A stretch of 61,065 bases of DNA, the filler included, from Stramenopiles sp. TOSAG23-6 (taxonomy: Eukaryota): NCBI GenBank assembly GCA_900128565.1. It is 16 parts of 16 records of this genome, joined end to end, with 100 filler letters (N's around TTAATTAATTAA, not from the genome) between each part and the next. Parts side by side here need not be neighbours in the genome. Positions count along the whole stretch, not along the records: positions 57,368 to 61,065 come from LT637402.1; 15 more parts are not named here. One strand, written 5' to 3'. Shown here piece by piece: positions 60,994 through 61,065 of this stretch. Each line of letters starts with the position of its first letter. The first letter of the stretch is position 1. A program made the translations under genes and the position numbers. The notes beneath the pieces are model-generated. The model was given only the letters and a program-made list of their open reading frames with translations. It did no database searches and had not been told where the DNA came from.

Positions 60994-61065
60994 GTATGTT
61001 TTTTTTTTTCCAATTTCGAATTTATTTTTTATAGTAAATTTTGTACCTAACAATTTTTTTTAGAT

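Noticed and set aside
338-61050. Repeated palindromic core as a CRISPR array or REP elements
   Set aside because: Dispersed inside eukaryotic genes, no regular spacers, no cas genes
129-61050. Shared peptides such as FFRTKFCT, SYEILYLT, VRNFVPN and KYFSKIH in many ORFs
   Set aside because: Read-through translations of the intron family, not a protein domain

Overview
AT-rich eukaryotic DNA, probably from a flagellated protist (stramenopile-like; taxon not provable here). It is not contiguous: 16 contigs of about 3.7 kb are joined by N-TTAATTAATTAA-N linkers, so gene order across linkers is meaningless. Recognisable genes or fragments include CCT5, a MAP2K-like kinase, an HTTM protein, a MEI1/PRD1-like protein, myosin, NME7, PCCA, acetyl-CoA synthetase, an AspH-like dioxygenase, DUF924-TilS, an aquaporin, MetH, TMEM260, PPTC7, XRP2/TBCC, NRAMP, RAD6/UBE2A, ProDH and PTDSS. 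The main signal is one family of about 90-160 nt introner-like introns (roughly 50 copies of the core by eye). They share a U2-type 5' site, a palindromic TTCGTACGAA joined to a TTTTGTACCTAAC branch point, and a 3' hairpin. Most end in AT rather than AG, and a few end in AC, TT or GT. Conserved motifs in MetH, myosin, NME7, NRAMP, AspH, XRP2 and PPTC7 are rebuilt when these non-AG junctions are used. The last two intron bases usually repeat the last two bases of the upstream exon, like a 2-bp target duplication with short terminal inverted repeats. This points to a transposon-derived intron family removed by a spliceosome with AG-independent 3' site choice; it is inferred from DNA only. Side findings: the introner core in antisense inside exons, interstitial TTAGGG doublets, and several unusual domain fusions.
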